Of a DNA stretch of 64,000 nt, positions 1 to 8,780 are shown piece by piece (positions within the stretch are counted from its first letter, which is position 1; each line of letters opens with the position of its first letter). The position numbers and the translations under genes were made by a program. The stretch is from an uncultured delta proteobacterium (GTDB taxonomy: Bacteria; Myxococcota_A; Polyangia; Polyangiales; Houyiibacteriaceae). Below the pieces are notes generated by a model. That model saw nothing but the letters and a program-made list of their open reading frames with translations. It was not told the origin of the DNA and did no database searches. Location: contig CAVQHC010000015.1 of the NCBI GenBank assembly GCA_963712235.1, forward strand, positions 81,007-145,006. Reading direction: 5' to 3'.

Positions 1-1193
1 GGGTCGCCCAGGACATGAAGCTCCGGAATCGAGCGAATGCCGTCTCGGATCTTCTCGCCGGTTTCGAGGATTCGGCGACTTGCGTCGAGGTAGCCGCTCT
101 CTCCCATCGACACCATCGCCGCCCAGCAAGCGGCGCTGAGCGCGCCCGGCCGACTCCCCGCGAACGTCGGCGAGAAGTAAAGCCCGCCGGGCCAGTCCGC
201 GACCGTGTAGTACTGATAGTGGCGGAGGTCGGGGTCTCGGTAGAGTACGACACTCGTCCCTTTGGCCGCGTAGCCGTACTTGTGCGTGTCGGCAGACATG
301 GAGGTCACACCTGGCAGGCGAAAATCGAAGGGCGGAACGTCGTAGCCGAGCTTCTCGGCCCAGGGCAGGATGAAGCTACCGAGGCATGCGTCGGTGTGGA
401 ACCCGATTCCGCGTTTGCGCGCGAGCTCCGAAAGCTCTTCGATGGGATCGATCGCACCATGCGGAAACGAGACCGCCGACCCGACGATACAAACGGTGTT
501 TCGGGTGATCGCCTTCTTCGTTGCTGGGACGTCTGCACGATAGTCTGAATCCACCGGGACCTTCACCAGCTTGATGCCGAAATACTGCGCGGCTTTGTCG
601 AACGCTGCATGCGCGGTGGTGGGCACGAGCAACTCCGGGGAGGTGATCCCTTTCGTTTCGCGCGCCCAGTCGCGGTAGCTGCGCATCGCGAGCAGGATGG
701 ATTCAGTCCCACCGCTCGCAACCGCCCCACAGACCTGAGCAGGCCGAGCCTGCTTGGCGCCGAGCATGTTGGCGGTCATCGATACGATTTCAGCTTCGTA
801 TTTTGCGATGCTCGGCCAGAGGTCGGAGTGGAGCGGATTCGTTTGGGAGGTGATTGCGTACGCCTCGTTGAGAAACGCGATGTGCTCCGGATCGCCGTGA
901 TACACGGCCCCTGAGACGTAGCCGTCCTTCCAGCGGTCCGCCTCGCGCCGGTCGAGATCCCGTAGCGTATCTAGAATTTCCGCTCGGGGTTTCCCATCTG
1001 CCGGCAAGTCCGCGTACGATTCCACCTCGCCTTCGTACGGCTTTGCCGACTTACGAAGCTCGTCCATGATCGGTGCATACTCGGCGTTGATTTTGTCTCT
1101 AACGATCGAAAAACGCTTCGCGTAGCGGTACAGGCGCGCCGCCAGGGGCTCGAGCGGGCCGAGCTTGACGTTCGCGAGGTCTTTGATGTCCAT
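1..1193 (-). CDS. PLP-dependent group II decarboxylase family protein, sphingosine-1-phosphate lyase-like (3' end runs off the window)
   Basis: Not in the ORF track; translated by hand from ATG at 1193: [17 protein letters not shown]...[10 protein letters not shown]...NPLHSDLWP...[10 protein letters not shown]...[13 protein letters not shown]...HTDACLG...SADTHKYG (PLP Lys)...[18 protein letters not shown], motifs typical of S1P lyases. Confidence 0.85.
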   Translation of the reverse strand, partial: MDIKDLANVKLGPLEPLAARLYRYAKRFSIVRDKINAEYAPIMDELRKSAKPYEGEVESYADLPADGKPRAEILDTLRDLDRREADRWKDGYVSGAVYHGDPEHIAFLNEAYAITSQTNPLHSDLWPSIAKYEAEIVSMTANMLGAKQARPAQVCGAVASGGTESILLAMRSYRDWARETKGITSPELLVPTTAHAAFDKAAQYFGIKLVKVPVDSDYRADVPATKKAITRNTVCIVGSAVSFPHGAIDPIEELSELARKRGIGFHTDACLGSFILPWAEKLGYDVPPFDFRLPGVTSMSADTHKYGYAAKGTSVVLYRDPDLRHYQYYTVADWPGGLYFSPTFAGSRPGALSAACWAAMVSMGESGYLDASRRILETGEKIRDGIRSIPELHVLGD

Positions 1194-1243
1194 GAGCCCT
1201 CCGTACCGCAGCCCCGAGCCCTTCGCTAGCCCTGGCCGCGCGC

Positions 1244-2815
1244 CTAGCCGTTGAGGCGACGGTACATGGCCGTGTTGTTCTTTCGGATTTCCAGGAATGC
1301 CCTGTAGAGTTCGTGGTAGATCGGCCCGTTGTTGCGATTCGGCGTGTAGCGCTTCTCGATGGGGACCCTCGAGGGGATGTCCTCGACAGCCAGCTTCCCG
1401 AGACCTACAGCCGCGACGAACGCAGCTCCGCGGACGTTCGCGGACAGAGGGTCCGCGACGCAGTCGATCGGACGGTTCAAGATGTCCGCGAAGATCTGGC
1501 ACCAGAGCTGCGACTTTGCTCCGCCGCCGATGAACCGGATTTCCTCGAACGGCCGGCCGATGAACGACTCGACACCGCCCATGAGCCAGCGAGTGTTGTA
1601 CGCGACGCCCTCCATGACCGCGCGGATCATGTGGGCACGAGTCGTTCTCAAGGACACGTTCGAGAACGCCGCCCGGAGGTTGTGGTCGGCGACCGGCGTG
1701 TGCTCGCCGTACAGCCAGGGCGTGAAGATCACTTTGTCGCTTCCCGCAGGCGCCTCTTCGGCGAGCTGGTTGAAGCGATCCAATGCATCCTCGGGCGCCC
1801 CACCCGGGGCCAGCACGTCGTCGCGGCAAAACACACTGTCGCGGAGCCATGTCATGCAGGCGCCGGCGGTTTCTTGCTCGTTGCCAATGAAGTACCGCCC
1901 CGGCAGCGCGGATGGAAGCGATGCCATGTTGTGAATCAGGTCGGTCTTTTTGAATGGCACGTGGCAGGTCAACCAAGAGGATGTTCCGACGTAGAGGTGC
2001 CCTTCGAAGTCGCCGACGGCGCCCGAGCCCACCGCGGCGGCAGGCACATCCGGCGTTCCTCCGACCACCCGGGTGTCTTCGTTCAGCCCGAGCTCCGCGG
2101 CGGCCGTGGGAGTCAACGGTCCGATCACATCGACGGAGCGCGTGAGGTCGGGGAGCTTCTCCCTCGGAATGGTCGTTTGCGCGAGCAGTTTGTCGTCGTA
2201 ATTGATGTTGTTGATGTCACGGTTGTCGGTGACCCAATGGAGCGCGATGGAGTCGACCGTTGCCATGAACCTTCCGGTGAGTCGAAGGTTCAGATAGTCC
2301 TTGGGTTCCATGAACTTGTACGCCGCTGCATAGATTTCCGGTCGCTCGTGACGAAGAAACAGAATGTGCGCAACCGGCTCTTTCCCGGCGAGGCTCGGGA
2401 TTCCGCCGGTCTTTCGGATCCATCTCTCGAGCTTCAGCGCCCCATAGCCTTGAATCCGAATCAACCCGCCGGCGACTTCCGGCACGTACTTCGCACCACG
2501 CGAGTCCAGCCAGATCATCGCCCTCGAGATTGCGGTCCCAGCTTCGTCTACGGGAACGGTGCCGGCCCATTGCGAGGTCACAGCCACGGCGATGATTCGC
2601 TCCCTCGGAACAAGCTCAAGATCGGTGATCCGCCGTGTCGCGGTCACGATCGCTCGCCACCAATCGTCTGGGTCTTGCTCGGCGCCGCCCCCTTCGCTCA
2701 AGAACAGCTCCGTCGACTCGACCTCAGATGCCAACACCTCGCCTTCGGTGGTGACGAGCGCCACTTTGGGGCCGCTGGTGCCGAGATCGATTGCGAGAAT
2801 ACATTCGGGTTCCAT
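1244..2815 (-). CDS. FGGY-family carbohydrate kinase (xylulokinase-like)
   Basis: [60 protein letters not shown] motifs. Confidence 0.9.
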   Translation of the reverse strand: MEPECILAIDLGTSGPKVALVTTEGEVLASEVESTELFLSEGGGAEQDPDDWWRAIVTATRRITDLELVPRERIIAVAVTSQWAGTVPVDEAGTAISRAMIWLDSRGAKYVPEVAGGLIRIQGYGALKLERWIRKTGGIPSLAGKEPVAHILFLRHERPEIYAAAYKFMEPKDYLNLRLTGRFMATVDSIALHWVTDNRDINNINYDDKLLAQTTIPREKLPDLTRSVDVIGPLTPTAAAELGLNEDTRVVGGTPDVPAAAVGSGAVGDFEGHLYVGTSSWLTCHVPFKKTDLIHNMASLPSALPGRYFIGNEQETAGACMTWLRDSVFCRDDVLAPGGAPEDALDRFNQLAEEAPAGSDKVIFTPWLYGEHTPVADHNLRAAFSNVSLRTTRAHMIRAVMEGVAYNTRWLMGGVESFIGRPFEEIRFIGGGAKSQLWCQIFADILNRPIDCVADPLSANVRGAAFVAAVGLGKLAVEDIPSRVPIEKRYTPNRNNGPIYHELYRAFLEIRKNNTAMYRRLNG

Positions 2816-2962
2816 CGATGTTTGCTCCTCGCGTCCTAGTGGTAGCCGTCCATACCTTCCGGAATTGCTCCAGCCGGCGCCCGCTCAAAGCCGCGCGATG
2901 CACACCTCTTGCAGGGAGAATCCGGCCAGGTCGAGGCCAGGCCCTATCGTGCTTCGAATTCG

Positions 2963-3973
2963 CTACTTGGAGGCTGCCTCGACGGCCTTCAAGAGGCTCT
3001 TGCTGAAGACGCCGCGTTCGGCGAGCTGTTCGCGTGCGCTCTTTGCGGCAGCGTCCCAGGCCGCCTGATTCGTCGTCGAATCCACCGCCGTGATGCCGCG
3101 GCCGAGGAGGGTCTCATATGCGCGAGCGTCGTCCCGGCCGACGATTTGGTCGAGCTTGGAGGCGGCGCGCTTAGCGGTTTCGAGCAAGGTCTTCTGGTCC
3201 GCGTTGCTGAGCTCGTCGAACTTCTTTTTACTGATGATCGAGCCGCCCACGATGATGTTGAAGTTGCTCGAGCTCATGTACTTGAGCTTCGTGTACCACT
3301 GGAAAGCAACCGCAGCCATCGCTGAGGCGGGGATGACCTCGAGCCTTCCGTCCTTGAGCCCGGGGAACACACCGGACGCTCCGACTTGCACTGGGTTTGC
3401 ACCGAGAGCCTTGGTGTATGCAAGTGACACCGGGTTGTCCTTGCCGGCCCAGCCAGACTTGCCCGCCAGGTCGGCAGGGGATTTGAACTCGGTCGACGAG
3501 AACACCCGGTTCTTGCCGCCATCTCCCCATGCGAGCAGCTTGAAGCCACCGTCCTCGATCAACTTCTGAAGCTGTCCATCGAGCTTCTCGCGCGCACGAT
3601 CGAGCTGCGCGTCATCGGTGAGCAGTCCGGGAGCCGTGAGCACTTGGAGCTCGGGGGCCACCATGCTCAGGCCGGTGGTCGCAACGCCCGCGGCATCCAG
3701 CTTGCCAGCCTTGATTCGCTTGACCAGATCGCGGTCACTGCCCTCGCTGCCACCTGAAAAGACACGGAGCTCGACCCGGCCTTCGGTCTCTTTCTCAAGA
3801 GTGCGGCTCCAAGCCTTGAGCACCTTCACGAAAGAGGAGCCAGGCGGGGCGAGCGATGCAATCCGGATGACGGTAGCCTTGGGGGCTGGCGCCTGCGAGC
3901 CGGCCGGGCGTCCGGGGACAACGAGGACCGCGACTGTGAGCGCCAAGATTAGTGGAAATTTTCGGTGGTGCAT
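2963..3973 (-). CDS. TRAP transporter substrate-binding protein DctP (TatP-like)
   Basis: Signal peptide; IRIASLAPPGS, TEGRVELRVFSGG, GKLDAAG, LLAWGDGG, ALGANPV, FQWYTKLKY. Confidence 0.85.
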   Translation of the reverse strand: MHHRKFPLILALTVAVLVVPGRPAGSQAPAPKATVIRIASLAPPGSSFVKVLKAWSRTLEKETEGRVELRVFSGGSEGSDRDLVKRIKAGKLDAAGVATTGLSMVAPELQVLTAPGLLTDDAQLDRAREKLDGQLQKLIEDGGFKLLAWGDGGKNRVFSSTEFKSPADLAGKSGWAGKDNPVSLAYTKALGANPVQVGASGVFPGLKDGRLEVIPASAMAAVAFQWYTKLKYMSSSNFNIIVGGSIISKKKFDELSNADQKTLLETAKRAASKLDQIVGRDDARAYETLLGRGITAVDSTTNQAAWDAAAKSAREQLAERGVFSKSLLKAVEAASK

Positions 3974-4010
3974 ATCGACTCAGGGTTGGACGGCGCGAAG
4001 CCGTGGTTGT

Positions 4011-5015
4011 TCATTTCTCGGAGGCGAGCTTCGTGACCTCAGCAAGTAGGCTCTTGCTATACACTCGCCCTGCAAGCTGCTGGCGCGCCTGCGTGGCAAC
4101 GGCATCCCACTCGGCCTGGTGAGGGCTGAGGTCGACGACGCTGATACCCCGTTCGATCAGGGTCCGGTACGCCTTGTCGTCGTCACGAAGTACAATTCTA
4201 TCCATTGCGCGCGCGCCGCGCTCCGCCGTGTCGCGAAGGATGTCCTGGTCCCTCGGCGTCAGCCGGTCGAACACTTCCTTCTTGATGATCGAGCCGCCGA
4301 TGAGGATATTGAAATTCTGCTTCGCCATGTAGTTGAGCTTCGTGTACCACTGAATTGCAACGGCCATGATGCAAGAGCTCGGGACCGTATCGATCATACG
4401 CGTCTGCAGCCCTCCGTACACCTCGTTGGCGCCGACGCGCACGGGGTTGGCGCCGATCACGGCCAGAAAGCCCGCGAATACCGGATCATCTTTCCAGGCC
4501 CAAGGACGGCCCGATTTGAGATCGCTGGGCCGTGCAAATGGCCTGGCCGAAAACAGACGGTTTTTGCCCCCATCGCCCCAAGTCAGGAGCTCGAATCCAG
4601 CGCTTCGGAACATTTCTTCAAATCGTGGCCGAAGCTCTGTTCGAACATGAACGAGCTGATCTATTTCGGTGATCAGACCGGGCGCGGTCAGAACCAAAAT
4701 CGGACGCACGACCATGCCCATGCCCGTCGTGGTGATCCCCGCGGCGTCGATTTGCCCCGCTCGGATCTTTCGGATGAAGTCGCGTTCGTCGCCCTGGCTA
4801 CCGCCAGTATAAAATCGCAGCTCGGCTCGGCCTTCGGTCTCCTTCTTGAAGGTGCGGCCCCAGGCTTTGAGGATTTTGCCGAACGCCGAGCTCGGCGGCG
4901 CGAGAGACGCATAGCGAATCAAGATGGGACCGTCGGCCGCGGCGTTGGAGACGTTCTTGCCCGGTAAGAATAGGGCGGCGATCGTGAAGGCAATTGCAAA
5001 GGGACGCTTCCACAT
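4011..5015 (-). CDS. TRAP transporter substrate-binding protein DctP (TatP-like), tandem paralog
   Basis: Signal peptide from ATG 5015 (MWKRPFAIAF); ASLAPPSS, TEGRAELRFYTGGSQGDE, GQIDAAG, LTWGDGG, IQWYTKLNY; collinear with the neighbouring paralog. Confidence 0.85.
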   Translation of the reverse strand: MWKRPFAIAFTIAALFLPGKNVSNAAADGPILIRYASLAPPSSAFGKILKAWGRTFKKETEGRAELRFYTGGSQGDERDFIRKIRAGQIDAAGITTTGMGMVVRPILVLTAPGLITEIDQLVHVRTELRPRFEEMFRSAGFELLTWGDGGKNRLFSARPFARPSDLKSGRPWAWKDDPVFAGFLAVIGANPVRVGANEVYGGLQTRMIDTVPSSCIMAVAIQWYTKLNYMAKQNFNILIGGSIIKKEVFDRLTPRDQDILRDTAERGARAMDRIVLRDDDKAYRTLIERGISVVDLSPHQAEWDAVATQARQQLAGRVYSKSLLAEVTKLASEK

Positions 5016-5035
5016 GCTCACAGCCGGACCCCTCA

Positions 5036-5653
5036 CTACAAGCCGAGCGCCGGAACCAATCGCCGCCCCAGGAAATCCCGAAGCTCGCCCTCACTCCGCA
5101 CTGGCTCGGGGGCTGCCAGTAAGGAGAGGATCATCCGGAGCATGAACTCCATTGCTTCGGTGGCTTCTTCCTCGTCCCAGCCAGTCGATTCGATGATCTC
5201 GCTGAGCGCGACGCGCGTGAACATGATCGAGGCTGGCTGGGTGAAACCCTGCAGTAGGTAGGCGTCGAACATCGCGGGTTGCCACACCTCTCGAAGGACG
5301 GCGTTCTCTCGAATGGCGCGCAATGTGAAAAGAGTGGCCTCGACGACTTTGTCGCCGGGGTCGGAGAAGGCTCGGATGTGCTCCTGAACTTCATTGGCGA
5401 GGCGGAGCCCAGCCTGAAGCAGAACCGAGCGGATGAGCTCTTCTCGATCTTTGAAGTAGCGATACACCGTCGGTCGGCTCACGCCCGCTTCGAGTGCGAC
5501 ATGGGCGATCCCTGTGGCGGGGATCCCATTCCGTGCGATGCAGCTCGCTGCAACCTCGAGCAGCCGCTCGCGCGCGGCTGCAGGCTCCGGGCGATCCCCA
5601 TCCCAGGGCTCGCGCTGCTTGCTGCGAGTTTCTCCTTCGGCGTTTCGCGTCAT
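5036..5653 (-). CDS. TetR/AcrR family transcriptional regulator
   Basis: N-terminal HTH: RERLLEVA...VALEAGVSRPTVYRYFKDREEL. Confidence 0.9.
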   Translation of the reverse strand: MTRNAEGETRSKQREPWDGDRPEPAAARERLLEVAASCIARNGIPATGIAHVALEAGVSRPTVYRYFKDREELIRSVLLQAGLRLANEVQEHIRAFSDPGDKVVEATLFTLRAIRENAVLREVWQPAMFDAYLLQGFTQPASIMFTRVALSEIIESTGWDEEEATEAMEFMLRMILSLLAAPEPVRSEGELRDFLGRRLVPALGL

Positions 5654-5798
5654 GTTCTCAAGCCGGGCGAGCCGGCGCGCCCTCAGGTCATACCACCCTG
5701 GTGCATTTCACGCACCGGCTAGGCGACCACCGCAGAGTCTGGCGAATGGAGCTCGCTCACCCGAGGAAACCCTGTTCGACGCAAGCGGAGCAAGGAGC

Positions 5799-6056
5799 CT
5801 AGGCTGCGTCTTCTTCTCGCCTGCGGGAGGCGATATACGCGATGCCGCCGAGCAACAAGACGATGGCGCCGCCTGCAGCGCTCGGATCGAGCTCCGGAAC
5901 GGAACGACCGGACTTATAGCGCTGCTGACGCATTTGGCGCTTCTGAAGCTGGCGCGACTTGTGCCAGCCGCGGCGGCCTTCTGCTTCGGCCTGTGGTGTC
6001 GGACTCAGCATCCATGCGCCGAGGACGAGTGACAAAGCTACGAGCAAACGTTTCAT
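5799..6056 (-). CDS. Small secreted protein with VPEID-CTERM/PEP-CTERM-like sorting signal
   Basis: Signal peptide, short basic mature part, then VPELDPSAAGG + TM helix (AIVLLLGGIAYIA) + SRRR; AAGGAAG RBS upstream. Confidence 0.7.
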   Translation of the reverse strand: MKRLLVALSLVLGAWMLSPTPQAEAEGRRGWHKSRQLQKRQMRQQRYKSGRSVPELDPSAAGGAIVLLLGGIAYIASRRREEDAA

Positions 6057-6275
6057 GACTCTACTTCCTTCGCCCAGAAAAGGGTCTTACATCTCTTTAC
6101 ATTCTTAGGTGAACGACTGAACAGTGTCAAGAAAGGCGCAGAAAAAAAGGCATATTATCTGGTGTGGCCCCTCACAAATGTCCGCAAATGTATTAACGGG
6201 AGCCATTTAAGGAGACGCACGAGCTCCTTGCGGGCCCAGGGGACACGGGGCCGTGAGCTCGTCGCAACCCCGTCA

Positions 6276-6350
6276 TTTCAAACACTTGCGTGGAAGACAG
6301 AAAGGCCACGGCGGCCGGGTTTTCGCGGTCCTGGCCCTAAGCCATTGAAA
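6276..6350. promoter_or_regulatory. AT-rich divergent promoter region with two oppositely oriented IHF-like sites
   Basis: TTTCAAACACTTG (6276-6288, +) and TTTCAATGGCTTA (6338-6350, -), each one mismatch from WATCAANNNNTTR. Confidence 0.35.
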
Positions 6351-6492
6351 TCAATGCTGTTTTAGGTGTAGAGCGTGTCCCTTTCGTTCGCTGTATCGAT
6401 GCTCACTTAATTCGCAATTTTGCTGAGCTGCTCCCATTTTCTTGTTGGCTGATAGCGGAAGTTTTCGTCATGATTGGAAATAGGAGAATTTC

Positions 6493-7587
6493 ATGGCTTT
6501 TCGCTCGCTTGCGCTTTCGGTAGGTTTGCTCGTCATTTTGTGGGGTTGCGGAGAGTCTCCGGGCGATCCCCGAATCAGCGGTGGCTCCTCGGGAAGCGGT
6601 GGCACGGCGGGCACTGCGGGCTCGGGCGCAACCGGGGGCTCTGGGGGTTCTGGGGGTTCGGGCGGCGGCGGCTGCGTATTTGGCTGTGGGGGCAGCGGCG
6701 GCGCGGCAGGCTCGGGCGGCACGGCGGGCTCCGGCGGTTCAGCGGGCTCCGGTGGGACGGCAGGCTCCGGCGGGTCCTCTGGCAGCGGCGGCGGCGGAGT
6801 CGTCGACTGCACCACCAGCGCCCTGTGTCTCTCCTGCCCGAGCGGGAGCTTCTGCGAAACCAACGGCGATTGCTCCGTCGGGTTCTCTTGTATCGAAACG
6901 GGCTGTGACGACGACGGCGGCCAGCCGCTGAAGCAATGTACGTTTGCGGGCGGCGGTGCGTGCGAGAGCAGTGCGATGTGCGCGAACGGTCGCGAGTGCG
7001 TCGACGTACCCGGAGAGGGCAAACGCTGCGTCAAGACCACGCCAGGCTGCGACACGAGCTTCGATTGTGTGCTCGGCTTTGACTGCGAGAACGGAAACTG
7101 CGTCGACCGTCGCGTCCCCTGCGACCCACAAGACGAGCAGTGCCCGAAGAACCACGTTTGTGGGGGCACCACGAACTCGAACTTCTGCCGGCGGATCCAG
7201 CAAGACTGCGAGTTCGACTTCGACTGCGCCGACCTGGCTCCTCGCTGCGAGGACATCGACGGCGACTCGAGGAAAGAGTGCGCCGGTACCTTTGATCTGA
7301 ACGATCCGATGTCCAATGCTTGCACCAACGCCCAGTGCGAAAGTGCCTCGGCGCCCGTTTGCGAAGCGGCCAGTTTCGGAAGCACGACGCAGTGCGGCCA
7401 GTACGGACTTTGCGTCGGAGATGAGGACTGCGCGGCGGGCTTCAGCTGCCTCGGGCTTTGGCCGGATGGACGCATGGAATGTGTGCCGGACGGTGGGAGC
7501 TGTTCGAGCTTTGCCGACTGCGCGCCGCAACAGGTCTGCGCATCCCCACGAGGTGGGGGCGTGCCCAGCTGCCAGGCGGGATTGTAG
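6493..7587 (+). CDS. Cys-rich lipoprotein with Gly/Ser linker (paralog 1)
   Basis: AGGAG RBS; lipobox LWGC; GGSGG linker; Cys-rich repeats; DIDGD Ca-binding-like motif. Confidence 0.8.
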   Translation: MAFRSLALSVGLLVILWGCGESPGDPRISGGSSGSGGTAGTAGSGATGGSGGSGGSGGGGCVFGCGGSGGAAGSGGTAGSGGSAGSGGTAGSGGSSGSGGGGVVDCTTSALCLSCPSGSFCETNGDCSVGFSCIETGCDDDGGQPLKQCTFAGGGACESSAMCANGRECVDVPGEGKRCVKTTPGCDTSFDCVLGFDCENGNCVDRRVPCDPQDEQCPKNHVCGGTTNSNFCRRIQQDCEFDFDCADLAPRCEDIDGDSRKECAGTFDLNDPMSNACTNAQCESASAPVCEAASFGSTTQCGQYGLCVGDEDCAAGFSCLGLWPDGRMECVPDGGSCSSFADCAPQQVCASPRGGGVPSCQAGL

Positions 7588-7589
7588 CC

Positions 7590-8771
7590 ATGAGCTCTAT
7601 CGCAAACGCTCAACATCGCAGCGCGTCATCCGCAGCCCATTGGCGCACGCTTGGCCTTCTCTTGCTCGCAGCCACGGTCGGCTGTGGTGAGGAACCGAAT
7701 GGTCCCCGCGTTGGAGGCGGTACCTCGGGCACGGGCGGCTCAGGGGGAGATGGCTGCGTATTTGGCTGCGGGGGCTCTGGTGGTTCGCCGGGCTCCGGCG
7801 GTTCGGCAGGCACTGGCGGGATTGTGGGCACGGGCGGCTCAGGGGGAGATGGCTGCGTATTTGGCTGCGGGGGCTCTGGCGGCTCGGCGGGCTCCGGAGG
7901 AACCGCGGGCTCAGCGGGCACCGGAGGCATCGGCGGATCGGCTGGCGTCGGTGGGACCGGCGGCGCTGGCGAGTGCGTAACCAACGCGCTCTGCCACACT
8001 TGCCCTACGAACTTCCTTTGCGCGAGCGACGACGATTGTGCGTTCAGCGGCTATGTCTGTGTCGCTTCGGGTTGTGCGACCAACGGCGGGAATCCGATCA
8101 AGCAGTGTGTACCCGCGTGGGCGGGTTCCTGCTCCAGCGACGCGGACTGCCCAAACCAGAGCGACTACGATTGCTTGAAAGTTGGTGCGGGGGGCGAGCG
8201 ATGCGTTCGGGTCACGAGCGGATGCAACCCTGCTACCGAAACCTACGACTGCGCGCCCGGTTTCTCCTGCGAGAGCGGCGCGTGCGCGGACCGTCGGGTA
8301 CCCTGTGGCAGCTACGAGGACTGTCCGAAGAGCCACATTTGCCTCACGACGCCGGTTTCGAAGTACTGCACCCGTGTCAGTCGCACGTGCCACGCCGACG
8401 CCGATTGCTCATGGCTCGGAAACGCACTGGGCAGTTTCTGTGCTGACGTCGATGGTGACGGCGTCGATGAGTGCACCGGCGAACGGGACTCGACAGGCGA
8501 AGCCTGCGTGAGCTCGGATTGCGGCGGCTTGGTCTGCGAGACCGGTGCGGTCGGGTCTGCCGCCACCTGTGGAGACTACGGCCTCTGTCGCGTGAACGGC
8601 GACTGTAGCACCGGGTTCGAATGCCTCGGCCTTTGGCAAGACGGGCGCAGCGAATGCGTGCCCACCGGTGGCACCTGTGACCAAGCAACGGACTGCGATC
8701 CCCAGCAGGTCTGTGCCGCACCCCGAACCGGCAACAACGGGCCGAGTTGTCAGTCCGGTAGCGCACCTTAA
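7590..8771 (+). CDS. Cys-rich lipoprotein with Gly/Ser linker (paralog 2)
   Basis: ATG 7590 directly after the previous stop; lipobox TVGC; shares DRRVPC, CPKxHxC, DxDGD, YGLC, CLGLWxDGRxECVP and QQVCAxPR with paralog 1. Confidence 0.8.
   Translation: MSSIANAQHRSASSAAHWRTLGLLLLAATVGCGEEPNGPRVGGGTSGTGGSGGDGCVFGCGGSGGSPGSGGSAGTGGIVGTGGSGGDGCVFGCGGSGGSAGSGGTAGSAGTGGIGGSAGVGGTGGAGECVTNALCHTCPTNFLCASDDDCAFSGYVCVASGCATNGGNPIKQCVPAWAGSCSSDADCPNQSDYDCLKVGAGGERCVRVTSGCNPATETYDCAPGFSCESGACADRRVPCGSYEDCPKSHICLTTPVSKYCTRVSRTCHADADCSWLGNALGSFCADVDGDGVDECTGERDSTGEACVSSDCGGLVCETGAVGSAATCGDYGLCRVNGDCSTGFECLGLWQDGRSECVPTGGTCDQATDCDPQQVCAAPRTGNNGPSCQSGSAP
7727..7879 (+). repeat. 54-bp exact direct repeat (7727-7780, 7826-7879) encoding GTGGSGGDGCVFGCGGSG
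   Basis: Read directly from the sequence; the GCVFGCGG core also occurs in paralog 1 near 6670. Confidence 0.85.
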
Positions 8772-8780
8772 GGAGTCAAC

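Noticed and set aside
6468-7616. Pro-rich minus-strand ORF with PPEP repeats
   Set aside because: Antisense mirror of the GGSGG linker in the plus-strand lipoprotein
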